Below, in pieces: positions 1 through 10,612 of a DNA stretch of 64,000 nucleotides (position 1 is the stretch's first letter; every line of letters starts with the position of its first letter). Source of the DNA: Novakomyces olei (taxonomy: Eukaryota). The stretch lies in the NCBI GenBank assembly GCA_016906335.1, contig JADEYG010000004.1, forward strand, positions 930,001-994,000, written 5' to 3'. Both the position numbers and the translations under genes were made by a program. The notes beneath the pieces were generated by a model. It worked only from the letters and a program-made list of their open reading frames with translations. It was not told where the DNA came from and ran no database searches.

Positions 1-200
1 GAGTATTGAGGTCTAGTGCACTGTGCAAATCTTTTTCAGTTGAAACAAATCTTTTTCAAGTAAAACAACACTTTCAATTGAAACAACTCTAATTTAAAAC
101 GACTCTCATTTAAAAACAACTCTCTTTTAAATCAAATATTGAAAAATAAGGTCAGTGCTAAGATGAACATCCCTAGAGTATTGAGGTCGAGTGCACTGTG
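1..200. repeat. 25-bp direct repeat pair (1-25 and 176-200) flanking degenerate ~18-20 bp A/T-rich units
   Basis: GAGTATTGAGGTCTAGTGCACTGTG vs GAGTATTGAGGTCGAGTGCACTGTG (1 mismatch). Confidence 0.8.
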
Positions 201-446
201 ACCCACAGCACCTTTGCACTATTATCATGTTTTACATTCGAGTCCGACGATCGGGCGTCCGTACAAAATTCATTACAAATTACGACGTACACTATATGAC
301 ATGATGGCAAACAAAAAGGGGTAACCCGCTAGTCAAATGTATTGTTCAAGGCATCTCCATAAAAAATCTAGACAAAATCTAGACAAAATCTAGACAAATC
401 TATTCAAAATCTATTCAAAATCTTTGAAATCTTTGAAATCTAAAAT

Positions 447-1490
447 CTAAATTTGAGGGTTCTCCTTCCACGGTACCCCAGCGTCACCGACCTTTTGTGT
501 GTTTGCATCCTTGACGGTTGCGGCTACTTCGTCCTCCTCTTCAGCAAGCAGCCTCTCCGCTTCCAAGGCAGCCATGCACCCAGTCCCCGCGGACGTGATA
601 GCCTGGCGGTACCTCTTATCCTGGACATCGCCAGCGGCAAAGAACCCCTTGACTGTGGTAGAAGCAGTTCCCGGGATCGTCTTTATATACCCATCTTCAT
701 CACACTCGACGGCAGTGCCGCGCAGCAAGGAGGTAGCTGGCTCGTGCCCGATAGCATAAAACAGGCCGTTTACTGCCAAATCGTGGACCTCTCCAGTCTT
801 GACGTTCTTGACAGCGAGAGCGTTGAGCAGGTTCCCATCGCCCTTGCACTCTGTGGCCACACTGTTCCACAGCACTTGGACCTTTGGATGAGAGAGCAGA
901 CGCTTTGCCATAATACTGCTCGCTCGTAACTGGTCCCGGCGCACCAGGACAAAGACCTTTGAGCCATACTTTGTCAGGAAAAGTGCCTCCTCAGCAGCAG
1001 AATCGCCTCCGCCAATCACAGCGAGAGGCTTATTGCGAAAGATGGGGACAGCCCCATCGCACACGGCACAGGCACTGATCCCGCTCTGCCAGTAAGTCTC
1101 TTCGCCCGGCAAAAACAGTCTCTTTGCCGTAGCGCCGGTGGCGTAGACAATAGCGTCTGCCGTGTGAGGCTCCTCCTCCTCTTCGCCCTCGAGCCAATAG
1201 CGGAAAGGCCGTCGGGACAGGTCTAAACGGGTGACAGTCTCGCTCACGATCTTTGTCCCAAACCGCTCACTCTGAGCGCGCATATTGTCCATCAGATCTC
1301 CGCCCATTATCCCGGCGGGGAACCCGGGAAAGTTTTCCACTTCTGTAGTCGTAGTAAGCTGGCCGCCCGCGGCTAAGCCGTTCGCCATCATTCCCTCATA
1401 CAAAACCGGCTGCAGCTCTGCCCGCGCGAGGTAAATGGCGGCAGTGTGGCCGCCGGGACCGGAGCCGATCACGACGACTTTGGAGTGCAT
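447..1490 (-). CDS. TRR1: Thioredoxin reductase (low-MW type); first ATG at 1490, open frame extends upstream without an ATG
   Basis: [29 protein letters not shown] active site, [24 protein letters not shown]. Confidence 0.97.
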   Translation of the reverse strand: MHSKVVVIGSGPGGHTAAIYLARAELQPVLYEGMMANGLAAGGQLTTTTEVENFPGFPAGIMGGDLMDNMRAQSERFGTKIVSETVTRLDLSRRPFRYWLEGEEEEEPHTADAIVYATGATAKRLFLPGEETYWQSGISACAVCDGAVPIFRNKPLAVIGGGDSAAEEALFLTKYGSKVFVLVRRDQLRASSIMAKRLLSHPKVQVLWNSVATECKGDGNLLNALAVKNVKTGEVHDLAVNGLFYAIGHEPATSLLRGTAVECDEDGYIKTIPGTASTTVKGFFAAGDVQDKRYRQAITSAGTGCMAALEAERLLAEEEDEVAATVKDANTQKVGDAGVPWKENPQI

Positions 1491-1724
1491 TTGCCGGGCC
1501 GCAATTGGTGGCAGACGCGGAGCAGAATAGGAATAGAGAGTCGCTAACGGCCCACAACGGACGGGACACGATCGGGAAAAGATGTGCCGTGCAAGCAGAG
1601 TTTGCTGAAGATACAACTTACTCGGAATTTTAAAGGCGGAAAAACGGAGCAATTGGCCTCGCGTACTCACACCTTTGTTAGTTTTGTTTGGGCTGTTATG
1701 GTCTGTTTGGCGAGTCTTGCCTGC

Positions 1725-1732
1725 TTTATATA
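1725..1732 (-). promoter_or_regulatory. Candidate TATA box for TRR1
   Basis: TATATAAA on minus strand upstream of the TRR1 frame. Confidence 0.55.
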
Positions 1733-2304
1733 CCGAGCAAGCACTCTATTACAAATTCAGAGGCCGAGATTCTTCGATTATAAAGCGTATTATTATTATT
1801 ACGTGAGTACTGGGGAAATGGGAGAAGTTCGGAAAGAAATTTGTTTGAAAAAGAATGGGAAAAGGAAAGCTGCAGTATCATTTTGAGTGTTGTGTATTGA
1901 GTGTTGTACTGAGTAGTATTGTAATAAACCCTAACAAACCCTATTAATAATAGTATGGTCTAGATGGCTACGGTGTAATCCTGCGCGTCTATATCGCGTA
2001 TTAGAGCAAGTATAGTCACGGCACCCGTGCCTTTATCAAATAAAATACGAGCAACATCCTGGCAAGTAACACGCAACCTCAGCATTAGAATATAATGTAA
2101 TAATATAAATAATATTATATAATCTAATAATATACAGTATAATATTATATAATATAATAAAATATTACAATTAATAATATTATATTACAATTAATAATAT
2201 TATATTACAATTAATAATAATATATTATGATAATAATATAAAATATAGATATAAAATAAACATAAATAAATAATAAATAAAATTAATCCAAAGTCAGCGT
2301 CGGC

Positions 2305-3141
2305 ATGGCGGACATTGTGACGCGGACGCTGAGCCACGAGTACCGCGACCGTGTGCGGCTCGGCTTTGACGATTTTCTACGGACGCGGCACCAGTTCGGA
2401 CTCGATCCCGATCGGCCGATATGCGGGCGGTACGTGAACGGCCACTGCCCACTGGGACAGGCGTGTCCCGACAGGCACCCTCCACAGGTCTTTGCACACG
2501 GCAAGCAGGGGTCGGTAGTGTGCAAGCACTGGCTCCGGGGCCTTTGCAAAAAAGGGCAGCACTGTGAGTTCCTGCACGAGTACAATCTGAAGAAAATGCC
2601 GCCCTGCCACCATTTCCAGCAGCGCGGATGGTGCAACGCTGGCGAAGAGTGCCTCTACCTCCATATCGATCCCTCTCAGCGCCACGGAGTCTGCCCGGAC
2701 TATGACGCCGGGTTCTGTCCTCTCGGAGCCAACTGCCGGCACCGGCATGTGCGCAAAATGTTTTGCAAACTGTTCCTCACAGGGTTCTGCCCGCGCGGGC
2801 CTGCATGCAGTGATGCTCACCCAAAGTTTAACCCAGACAGTGTAAAGCGTATCTCCCAGGGCAGTGAGCAGTCTAAAGGTGGGCAGTCTAAAGGGAAAAG
2901 TGGGGGCAGTGAAGGAAAAAGTGGGGGCAGTGAAGGAAAAAGTGGGGGCAGTGAAGGGAAAAGTGGGGGCAGTGAGGGGAAAAGTGGGGGCAGTGAGGGG
3001 AAAAGTGGGGGCAGTGAGGGGAAAAGTGGAGGGCAGAATGAGGATTCTAAAACTGCTCAGCGCATAGAGGAGCGGCCCGATTACACGGCAGCCGGTGCCA
3101 ACACGGCTACTGATTCCGTGATGCAAGATGCCCCTGCTTAG
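2305..3141 (+). CDS. YTH1: mRNA 3'-processing CCCH zinc-finger protein (CPSF30 homolog)
   Basis: Five CCCH fingers incl. VCKHWLRGLCKKGQHCEFLHEYNLKKMP. Confidence 0.95.
   Translation: MADIVTRTLSHEYRDRVRLGFDDFLRTRHQFGLDPDRPICGRYVNGHCPLGQACPDRHPPQVFAHGKQGSVVCKHWLRGLCKKGQHCEFLHEYNLKKMPPCHHFQQRGWCNAGEECLYLHIDPSQRHGVCPDYDAGFCPLGANCRHRHVRKMFCKLFLTGFCPRGPACSDAHPKFNPDSVKRISQGSEQSKGGQSKGKSGGSEGKSGGSEGKSGGSEGKSGGSEGKSGGSEGKSGGSEGKSGGQNEDSKTAQRIEERPDYTAAGANTATDSVMQDAPA
2893..3033 (+). repeat. 21-bp coding minisatellite encoding (GKSGGSE)x6
   Basis: Unit GGGAAAAGTGGGGGCAGTGAR. Confidence 0.95.
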
Positions 3142-3525
3142 CGCATTATAGATACCCTGGCACACTCAGAGTTGCCGTACAAGAGTCGTTCTTGCGAGTC
3201 GGCGCTGCCTCTATCTGTCTACGTCACGTGGAGGACATTTGCATACTCTCAACATTATAATATTCTTTTTTAAAGTAAATGCCACTACCCGTCTAGATTC
3301 CCACAGCCTTGCTCTGCTCATGCATATTCACCCCTACAAGGTGCTGCACCGTTCACTCATACTAAATCAATGAACGGATCCTCTGTGGGGTCTCAATTCT
3401 TTGCTTGATTAGTCATAACTTTTCTCAATACCAAGCTCGCCGACAGCTGGAATTGAAATGTTCAGACGATGAACAAGCGTGCAAAATGTCTTACTGAATA
3501 AAACAAAAATGTATTGACGATCAAA

Positions 3526-3528
3526 AAA

Positions 3529-3587
<59 letters not shown>
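3526..3587. repeat. (AAAT)n microsatellite
   Basis: ~15 perfect units. Confidence 0.95.
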
Positions 3588-3989
3588 AGAGAAATGAAAT
3601 AAAGATTAAATCAATAAAAATCAAAACTGTAAAGTAGAAACTCTAGGCCTCTACCCCAAGTATATTCGCACGACCCCAACTGCCGGTGCAGTCTATACGA
3701 TGAGCAAAAAGATTCCGGCTTACAAAACTGTCACAGATCGAGATATGCAGCTGTTAGCGGAGAGAGCACTGCATGTCTATTTATAAAAAGGTATAGACGG
3801 ATGCAAAAAAAGCAGCAGGATAGAGAGCAACAGATAAAGGCATTGGGATAATGCTACAGTACACTATTGCGGCCGCAATTAGTTTTCACGTAAAGCTTGC
3901 ACACGAGGCATACACTCTCCAGGCCAAGTAAGCGAGAGGGAGACAAGGCTGCACAGTATTCCGGTGGAGGCTTACAGACCAGGCAGCCG

Positions 3990-6689
3990 TCACCTCGACC
4001 GAGAAGGTCCACCGTAGATATCTTCGTCCGTGTCAGACTTGGCCGGCTGAGGCTGTGCCGATTGCGTCCGAGAGCGTTGACCAGTAGCAGCAGCAGCAGC
4101 AGAAGAAGAAGAATGGCCTTCGCTTTCATCGTCACTGCTTTCATGCTTGAAAGCATCATACAACTGCCTTGCTTCCTCGTCGCCATTGTCGCCTGTATCA
4201 TCCTCGTCACCTCCTCGCAGTACCTGAAACTCGTAGCCCGATCCGTGGCCTCCAAAGGCCTTTTCTCTCGCAGACTTGCGGTACTTTGCGTACAGCAAGT
4301 ACCCGCCAAACCCAACGATCGCTATACCGCACGATACTCCAATCACGAGAAGCCACACGTTTGATTTTGCAATGGATTTAGACGTGGACGGAACAGTACT
4401 AGTACTAGCAGTAGTACTAGCAGCAGGAATACTAGTACTACTAGCACTAGTACTAGTACTAGTGCTAGTGTGAGAGGCACTGCCAGTGGGCTTCTTTATC
4501 TGTGGCCGATGGGACTCGGTTACGCTGGGCAGAGTGGCAAACGGCACAGTAGTATGCGGGTCCTTTACGACAGTAGCCGGCACTGACGTAGTACTGCTGT
4601 CGGCATCGGCACCAGTAGAATCGCCAGGCAGAGGGTAAAGGACTCCACGCTGCTTCTCTGCGTCCCAAGCCTCACCGAGCAGTGAAAGCCGCCAGCTTTC
4701 CAAAGTGCCTCGGAACTGAGGGTTGATGGCGTCACGTACGACTAAAGTCCAATTGCCCACTGGCGACTCGCCCCAGTGGGCGACAGACATAAAAGTCCAG
4801 TCCAGGAACCCCTCGGCACTTTCGTCGTGCGGTCTACGGGCGGCTAAATCGCTCTGCACTCCTGTCGGAGAGAGCAGGGACACTTCTATATCGCCCCGCC
4901 TTTCGTGAGTCATATTAATAGTAACCAAAACGTGCTCTACTTGCTTCAAATTAGCCGCCTCTACTGCCCGCTTCGTTACTTGGTAGTGGGACTCTACACG
5001 GGTGTGCTGATCGCTCGCTGGCACTGCCTGCTGGACACTGACACGGGGCCCGTGCCACCAAGCTTGAGGGCCTACTAGCACCCAATCACGGGCGGCCATA
5101 ACAAAGGCGTGGGCATCTACCTTGCCGTACCCAAACCAGTGGCTGTACAGCCGTCCGGGTGTACCGGAGGGCCGCCAGCTCGGGTCCTGGGGGGCTACTA
5201 CTTGAGCAGTGGCCACTTGCAAGTGCTGCAAGTCCCGCCAGGTCAGTTCTGGTCGGGCTGACAGAGCGAGAGCGTACACTGCCGCTGCCAAAGGAGCTGC
5301 CGCTGACGTTCCAGTATGAGCAGAAGTGCACCTGCGTGGCTGACCAGCGAGAGCCATGTCGCACGTATGAATTGCGTCTCCACTGCCAGAGGAGTAGGCG
5401 ACAGCTAATTGGGCGGCACAGTGCTCAGCGTACAAGGGCCGATTGTGTTCCCTATCAACAGCACCAATAGTTATACTTAGAGGGCTGTTTGTGTACCCAT
5501 CAAAGTTGCAATCGTCCCCATAAGCTCCGCCATTGCCCGAGGCAAATACGTAGACACTGCCCCGACCACTGCGGCCGGCATTGACACCGTGCTGGAACGC
5601 TCGTTTGATAAGGAGGCCGGGACCCTCCATTGTCCTGCCGTCGTCAGCAGGACCCCACGAGCAGCTGTATATATCATTGTGCTGGAAATCATAGACAAGT
5701 GCAGCTGCCTCGTCCGCATCGCTTATCGGGCCAGAAAGGATCCGCAGGCCGGATACACGACTGCCATAAGCGACACCGACGCCACAGTAGTCGTTGATAG
5801 CGGCGGCTATTTCCCCTGCACAGCGGGTCCCATGATAGTCGTCGTACAGCCTTGGCCTGGGCTCGGGGACATGGTCATTGAAATCATAGGATCCATTGGC
5901 ATAGTAGGCATGTGCAATATCAGGGTTATTGAAATCGATTCCATCGTCAATCATGGCTACAGTGGCGTTTTTGCCAATGTAGCCTTCCAGCCAGAGCCCA
6001 GTAACATTAAGATCGTTGCCTACCTGCCTCGTATTGAGCAGGTGCCATTGCTGCGGGAATATAGGGTCGTGGATGCCCAGCTCCTCCACTGCTGACTCTA
6101 ATTCAGAGATACCGTCAACATCTGTAATGGCAAAGGGTAGGCTTGGCTTGTATTTAGAGCCGCCAAACTTGGAGCCGCCAAACTTGGAGCCGCCAAACTT
6201 GGAGCCGCCAAACTTGGAGCCGCCAAACTTGGAGCCGCCAAACTTGGAGCCAAAACTAGAGCCAAACTTGGAGCCAAAACTAGAGCCAAACTTGGAGCCA
6301 AAACTAGAGTCAAAACTAGAGTCAAGACTAGAGTCAAGACTAGAGTCCAGACTAGAGTCAGTGCCACTAACGACCAACCTCCGACGGTGCCTTTGTCGCC
6401 GTACTTGTGGCTCGATCGTGTGCACGAGATCAGACGAGGCGAGGTCTCTTTTAGAGTGGGTCAGTTGGCCAGAGAAGAGATGGTAGCCTGGGACATTGCC
6501 CACTGGTCCCACGTAGTCGAGGCCCAAATGCTGGGCGACAGTATCGACAGTGGCCCCGTCGCTAATGTGCACAGCAAACTGCTGCGGCAGTGGCACTTGA
6601 GGATCTGCATGTGCTTGAACAGTGCAGAGGCCACTGAAGGTTGCGAGTAAGTGAGCAAAGGCCGCCAGCGCCACAGAGTGCAGACGCAT
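3990..6689 (-). CDS. KEX2: Kexin (subtilisin-like proprotein convertase)
   Basis: Signal peptide, prodomain, catalytic IDDG / HGTRCAGE / ASGNGG / GTSAAAP, P-domain, S/T-rich stalk, TM helix, acidic tail. Confidence 0.97.
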   Translation of the reverse strand: MRLHSVALAAFAHLLATFSGLCTVQAHADPQVPLPQQFAVHISDGATVDTVAQHLGLDYVGPVGNVPGYHLFSGQLTHSKRDLASSDLVHTIEPQVRRQRHRRRLVVSGTDSSLDSSLDSSLDSSFDSSFGSKFGSSFGSKFGSSFGSKFGGSKFGGSKFGGSKFGGSKFGGSKFGGSKYKPSLPFAITDVDGISELESAVEELGIHDPIFPQQWHLLNTRQVGNDLNVTGLWLEGYIGKNATVAMIDDGIDFNNPDIAHAYYANGSYDFNDHVPEPRPRLYDDYHGTRCAGEIAAAINDYCGVGVAYGSRVSGLRILSGPISDADEAAALVYDFQHNDIYSCSWGPADDGRTMEGPGLLIKRAFQHGVNAGRSGRGSVYVFASGNGGAYGDDCNFDGYTNSPLSITIGAVDREHNRPLYAEHCAAQLAVAYSSGSGDAIHTCDMALAGQPRRCTSAHTGTSAAAPLAAAVYALALSARPELTWRDLQHLQVATAQVVAPQDPSWRPSGTPGRLYSHWFGYGKVDAHAFVMAARDWVLVGPQAWWHGPRVSVQQAVPASDQHTRVESHYQVTKRAVEAANLKQVEHVLVTINMTHERRGDIEVSLLSPTGVQSDLAARRPHDESAEGFLDWTFMSVAHWGESPVGNWTLVVRDAINPQFRGTLESWRLSLLGEAWDAEKQRGVLYPLPGDSTGADADSSTTSVPATVVKDPHTTVPFATLPSVTESHRPQIKKPTGSASHTSTSTSTSASSTSIPAASTTASTSTVPSTSKSIAKSNVWLLVIGVSCGIAIVGFGGYLLYAKYRKSAREKAFGGHGSGYEFQVLRGGDEDDTGDNGDEEARQLYDAFKHESSDDESEGHSSSSAAAAATGQRSRTQSAQPQPAKSDTDEDIYGGPSRSR
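6157..6359 (-). repeat. 12/15-bp coding tandem repeats (DSSL, GSSF/GSKF, GGSKF) in pro-KEX2
   Basis: Units GACTCTAGTCTT, GGCTCTAGTTTT, GGCTCCAAGTTT, GGCGGCTCCAAGTTT. Confidence 0.95.
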
Positions 6690-7978
6690 CTCGCTGCATG
6701 CGACTCGGCCGCAAAGTGACCGGTTTGAAAAGGACGGCTGCTCAAATCGTCGCTGTACTTTTACGTCTTGCGCTTGTCAGTCTTGCCAGTCGTGCCAGTC
6801 GTGCACGATTGGCCAATCAGCGGCAGTCAATTGCACCACTATTGCCACCCTTGTTACACTATGGGATAACGCGTACCCGACTCGGCAGACAGCGGGAGAA
6901 GTGGGACAGTTGAACGCTGCTCTCCACCGACCAGACTTGTCACCTTGTAAAGTACGTACACTGCAGTCTCCGCAGCTAAAGTTAGCCTTAGCGAAACTTT
7001 ACTTGCTACTTTATTATGTTACAGCGTTTGTGTGTGTGTGTGAGTGCACGCTAATCCTACACGTATATAGTCCCAAAATCGGAAGTATGTTGGACGTGTT
7101 ACAACAAATCGGTACCAAACCTGTTTTGTGGGATATACGACTGCACACTGCAAACTGCTATAGTATACGTATGTGTATATAGGTCGACGTGTCTATATGT
7201 CGATGTATCTATAAGTCGGTGCCTATACAGAAGCGGTACCATTCGACTAGTCTTAATGTCGGCGTGTGAGGAGCAGCGGTATTTGTATACATGAAACGTA
7301 AATGTATTGCCCCCAGCACCGCTGTAGCACTGGTTTAGCACTGCTAATGGGGCACTTGAAGGCAGCTCATACGTACAAGTCTTACATAGTGATTCGTGCA
7401 ACCAAACTCGCACGTACACACCATACGTTGTTTGTGACAGGGAGTGTGGCTCATTCGACGATCTGGGTTGGGTAGACACACGGACCGTGTGGTACTGCGC
7501 GCGGCACTGACTAGTCTGCTATTTTGTATTTTGTGTTTGACGAGGCTTTATAACATTCTACGGTCCGTTGGCTGGCTGCTTAAACAGTTGTGTTACCCTA
7601 TGACATGACTATGCCATACACAAACAAATTTATTTAAATTTACTAGTTAATTCTCGATGTTGAACCTGGCAGTTTAATTTGCACTTTCTCTCTCTCCTTA
7701 ATATACAGCGGGCCAGCTGCTTGTACAGACGATACTCTTAGGTTATTCGGACGTTCTTAAAAGTATACGAATTATATACAGTCAAGGTTATCGGCGAGCC
7801 ACTCTAACATTGCACCGCACTTGGCAAGTATACCGTATATACTATATACTGCCACTGTACTGCCACTGTACTGCCACTGTAGCCCAAACATACAAAAGTG
7901 GGAAAAGTAGGGTCTTATCAGACCGTTACTCCACATTACGGCCCCAAACTTGTGCAGACCCAAACTTGTGCAGACCCA

Positions 7979-9214
7979 ATGTTGGCCCGTTGGGGTAAGG
8001 CCACTTTAAGACCGGCACTGTGTTGGCGCACATTGACAACGTTCACGGCGGAACAAGTTCGGCCCGTTTACAAGCATCAGCCGTTGCTGGAGGGATTACA
8101 GACTCTGCCCCAGGGCCATTTGTCCTTTTGCCTGGATGGGACGCGTGTCAGCGTATCAGGGCTGCAATTGCGCGATATGTGCCGCGACGCCAGTTCTGTG
8201 GATCCATATACGACGCAGAAACGGTTCCGTACTACTCAGATCCCGCGCGATATCGCCGTTAGGGCAGCGCGTATAGTAGACAATACGCTGGAAGTTGTAT
8301 GGACAAAAGGTGTGGAGGGAGTCCACTCTGCTCTGCGCAGCCGCTACGACTCCGCCTACCTGTGGGAAACTTTACTCTCCTCTGTGGCTCAAGGCAGTGC
8401 CATTGACGCGTACACGCTCTGGTCCAACGACAACTGGCGCACACATCTCGTGGCCGACTATGGCGACGTTGTTCAGGAGAAGGATGTGCATGTACTACGC
8501 CAGCTGCAGTCGTACGGCCTCGCAATCGTAGACAACGTCCCACTATCGGGACAAGGCAAGCCGGGACTCGCTCATTTGAGTAAAGCACTTGCCGACACGG
8601 AAATGAACACGTTCTACGGCCTCGGGTTTGCCGTTACTTCCTCGCCTCAGAGTAATAATGTCGCCAACACCGCTGGCCTGCTTGACTTGCACATGGATTT
8701 GCTCTACTATACCTCACCACCAGCACTGCAGTTGCTGCTGACTGTGGAGAATTCGGCTCAGGGAGGAGAGAACTATTTCGTGGACGCTTTTGCTGCCGCT
8801 GAACGCTTAAGGGCTGAGAAGCCGATTGCATTCGAAGCTCTCTGCCGTGTGCCGGTAACGTTTCAGTATCGCAACGATGGCAAATTCTACCGCGACACGA
8901 AACCAACGTTTCAGTTGGACGGCCCAAGACTGAGCAAAGTCAATTACAGCCCACCTTTTCAAGGGCCTTTCTTGGGACAAGTTGATTTAGACTCGTTTTA
9001 CGAAGCAATGGGACTGTTCGAAGAGCGGCTAGCTGATCCAGATATACGGTATAATGTGCGATTAGAGCGCGGCCAGTGTGCCGTTTTTATGAATAGACGT
9101 ATATTGCACGCCCGACACTCGTTCGACCCGAGCTCGGGGAATCGGTTACTGGCGGGTACTTATACCACTATTGATGGATTTCGGAGTAAACTGCGAATGG
9201 CTCAAGGGCGGTGA
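7979..9214 (+). CDS. Mitochondrial Fe(II)/2-oxoglutarate dioxygenase, gamma-butyrobetaine hydroxylase/TauD family (AIM17-like)
   Basis: First ATG 7979 gives an Arg-rich presequence; LRDMCRD..SVDP.T.QKRF domain; LHMDLLY (HxD), NRRILHAR. Confidence 0.85.
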   Translation: MLARWGKATLRPALCWRTLTTFTAEQVRPVYKHQPLLEGLQTLPQGHLSFCLDGTRVSVSGLQLRDMCRDASSVDPYTTQKRFRTTQIPRDIAVRAARIVDNTLEVVWTKGVEGVHSALRSRYDSAYLWETLLSSVAQGSAIDAYTLWSNDNWRTHLVADYGDVVQEKDVHVLRQLQSYGLAIVDNVPLSGQGKPGLAHLSKALADTEMNTFYGLGFAVTSSPQSNNVANTAGLLDLHMDLLYYTSPPALQLLLTVENSAQGGENYFVDAFAAAERLRAEKPIAFEALCRVPVTFQYRNDGKFYRDTKPTFQLDGPRLSKVNYSPPFQGPFLGQVDLDSFYEAMGLFEERLADPDIRYNVRLERGQCAVFMNRRILHARHSFDPSSGNRLLAGTYTTIDGFRSKLRMAQGR

Positions 9215-9332
9215 GGTGTACGAGGGTATGTACTTGTTTGAAAAGCTAATAGATGAATGGAGAATTTTGCCTTTGCAAGAATTTGTGAATAGCTCTGTAT
9301 GAATTAGACGAGCGGCCTTCTTGTCGTTGTAA

Positions 9333-9334
<2 letters not shown>

Positions 9335-9416
<82 letters not shown>
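9335..9416. repeat. (AAT)n microsatellite just upstream of the NIT3 ATG
   Basis: ~27 units. Confidence 0.95.
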
Positions 9417-9426
9417 TTAATTAATC

Positions 9427-10369
9427 ATGCTGCGATCAATGGCAACACTCGTACCTTCCTCGTTTCGGCGGTTTCGTCTTGCGCTTTGCCAGACAAAAGG
9501 CGGTGCAGACAAACAAAAAAACCTTGTAGGTGCTCGCTCAGCAGTCTTGGAAGCCGCAGCACGTGGCGCTGATGTAGTCGTACTTCCTGAATGCTTTAAT
9601 TCGCCTTATGGCACGCAATACTTTGCAGAGTACGCAGAGAAAACGGAGCCTCACAATCCGTCCTACGATGCTCTGCAGGCAATGGCTAAAGTAAGCATTG
9701 GGAACAAAAATAAATAAAAGTGTATTATTTTACAGTTGGTGTCTTTATTTCTTTCAATGCTAATGTCAGGATGCCAAAGTCTACTTGATTGGAGGATCCA
9801 TCCCAGAAACAGAGTCGCAAAAGCTGTATAACACGTCTCTTTCATTCTCCCCTGACGGAAATCTTATCGGCAAACATCGAAAAGTACACTTGTTTGATAT
9901 CGACGTCCCGGGCAAGATTCGATTCCAAGAATCTGAAGTTCTAACGGCCGGGAATAAAGGAACGATTGTGGAAACCGAGTTTGGACGAATTGGGGTAGGA
10001 ATCTGCTACGATATACGGTTCCCCGAACTGGCGATGGCTGCAGCTCGTAATGACTGCTGTGCAATGGTGTATCCTGGAGCCTTCAATACGCACACTGGTC
10101 CGTTGCATTGGCAGCTGCTCGCTCGAGCTCGAGCTATAGACAATCAAATATACGTGGGCCTCTGTGCACCTGCTCGCGATCTCTCTGCTACTTATCATTC
10201 ATACGGCCATTCGCTCGTCGTGAACCCTAACGGCGCTGTTGTTGACGAGCTGGATGAGAACGAGGGGATCTTGATTGCAGATATTGACCCAGAGGTCATG
10301 GCTTCTACCCGCCAGGGCGTGCCTATAACCACTCAAAGGCGATTTGATGTTTACACTAAAGTAGAGTGA
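9427..10369 (+). CDS. NIT3: Omega-amidase, nitrilase superfamily; intron 9691-9769
   Basis: [54 protein letters not shown] intron joins the frames. Confidence 0.93.
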
Positions 10370-10612
10370 TGAAGGACCATAGTAATGTACTGTATTTTAT
10401 TGTTGCAAAGTAAGCACGAGTCTGTCGCGATGTGTATCAGCGGGACTATTGTGGGACGAAAGGCTTGGAGTCTATGAATTACGGCAAAAACCCGAAATTT
10501 AGGTTGACGTAGATTACAAACCATGAGCAACATATTATGGTACATTGCAAAAAGACTGCTTTTATTTGAATAACGTTGCAAAGGATAATACTCATAACCG
10601 ACGGAACCCATT

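Noticed and set aside
1-200. Direct repeats as a CRISPR array or LTR
   Set aside because: Only two 25-bp copies with a 150-bp low-complexity spacer, in a eukaryote; no TG..CA termini or transposon ORF in the window
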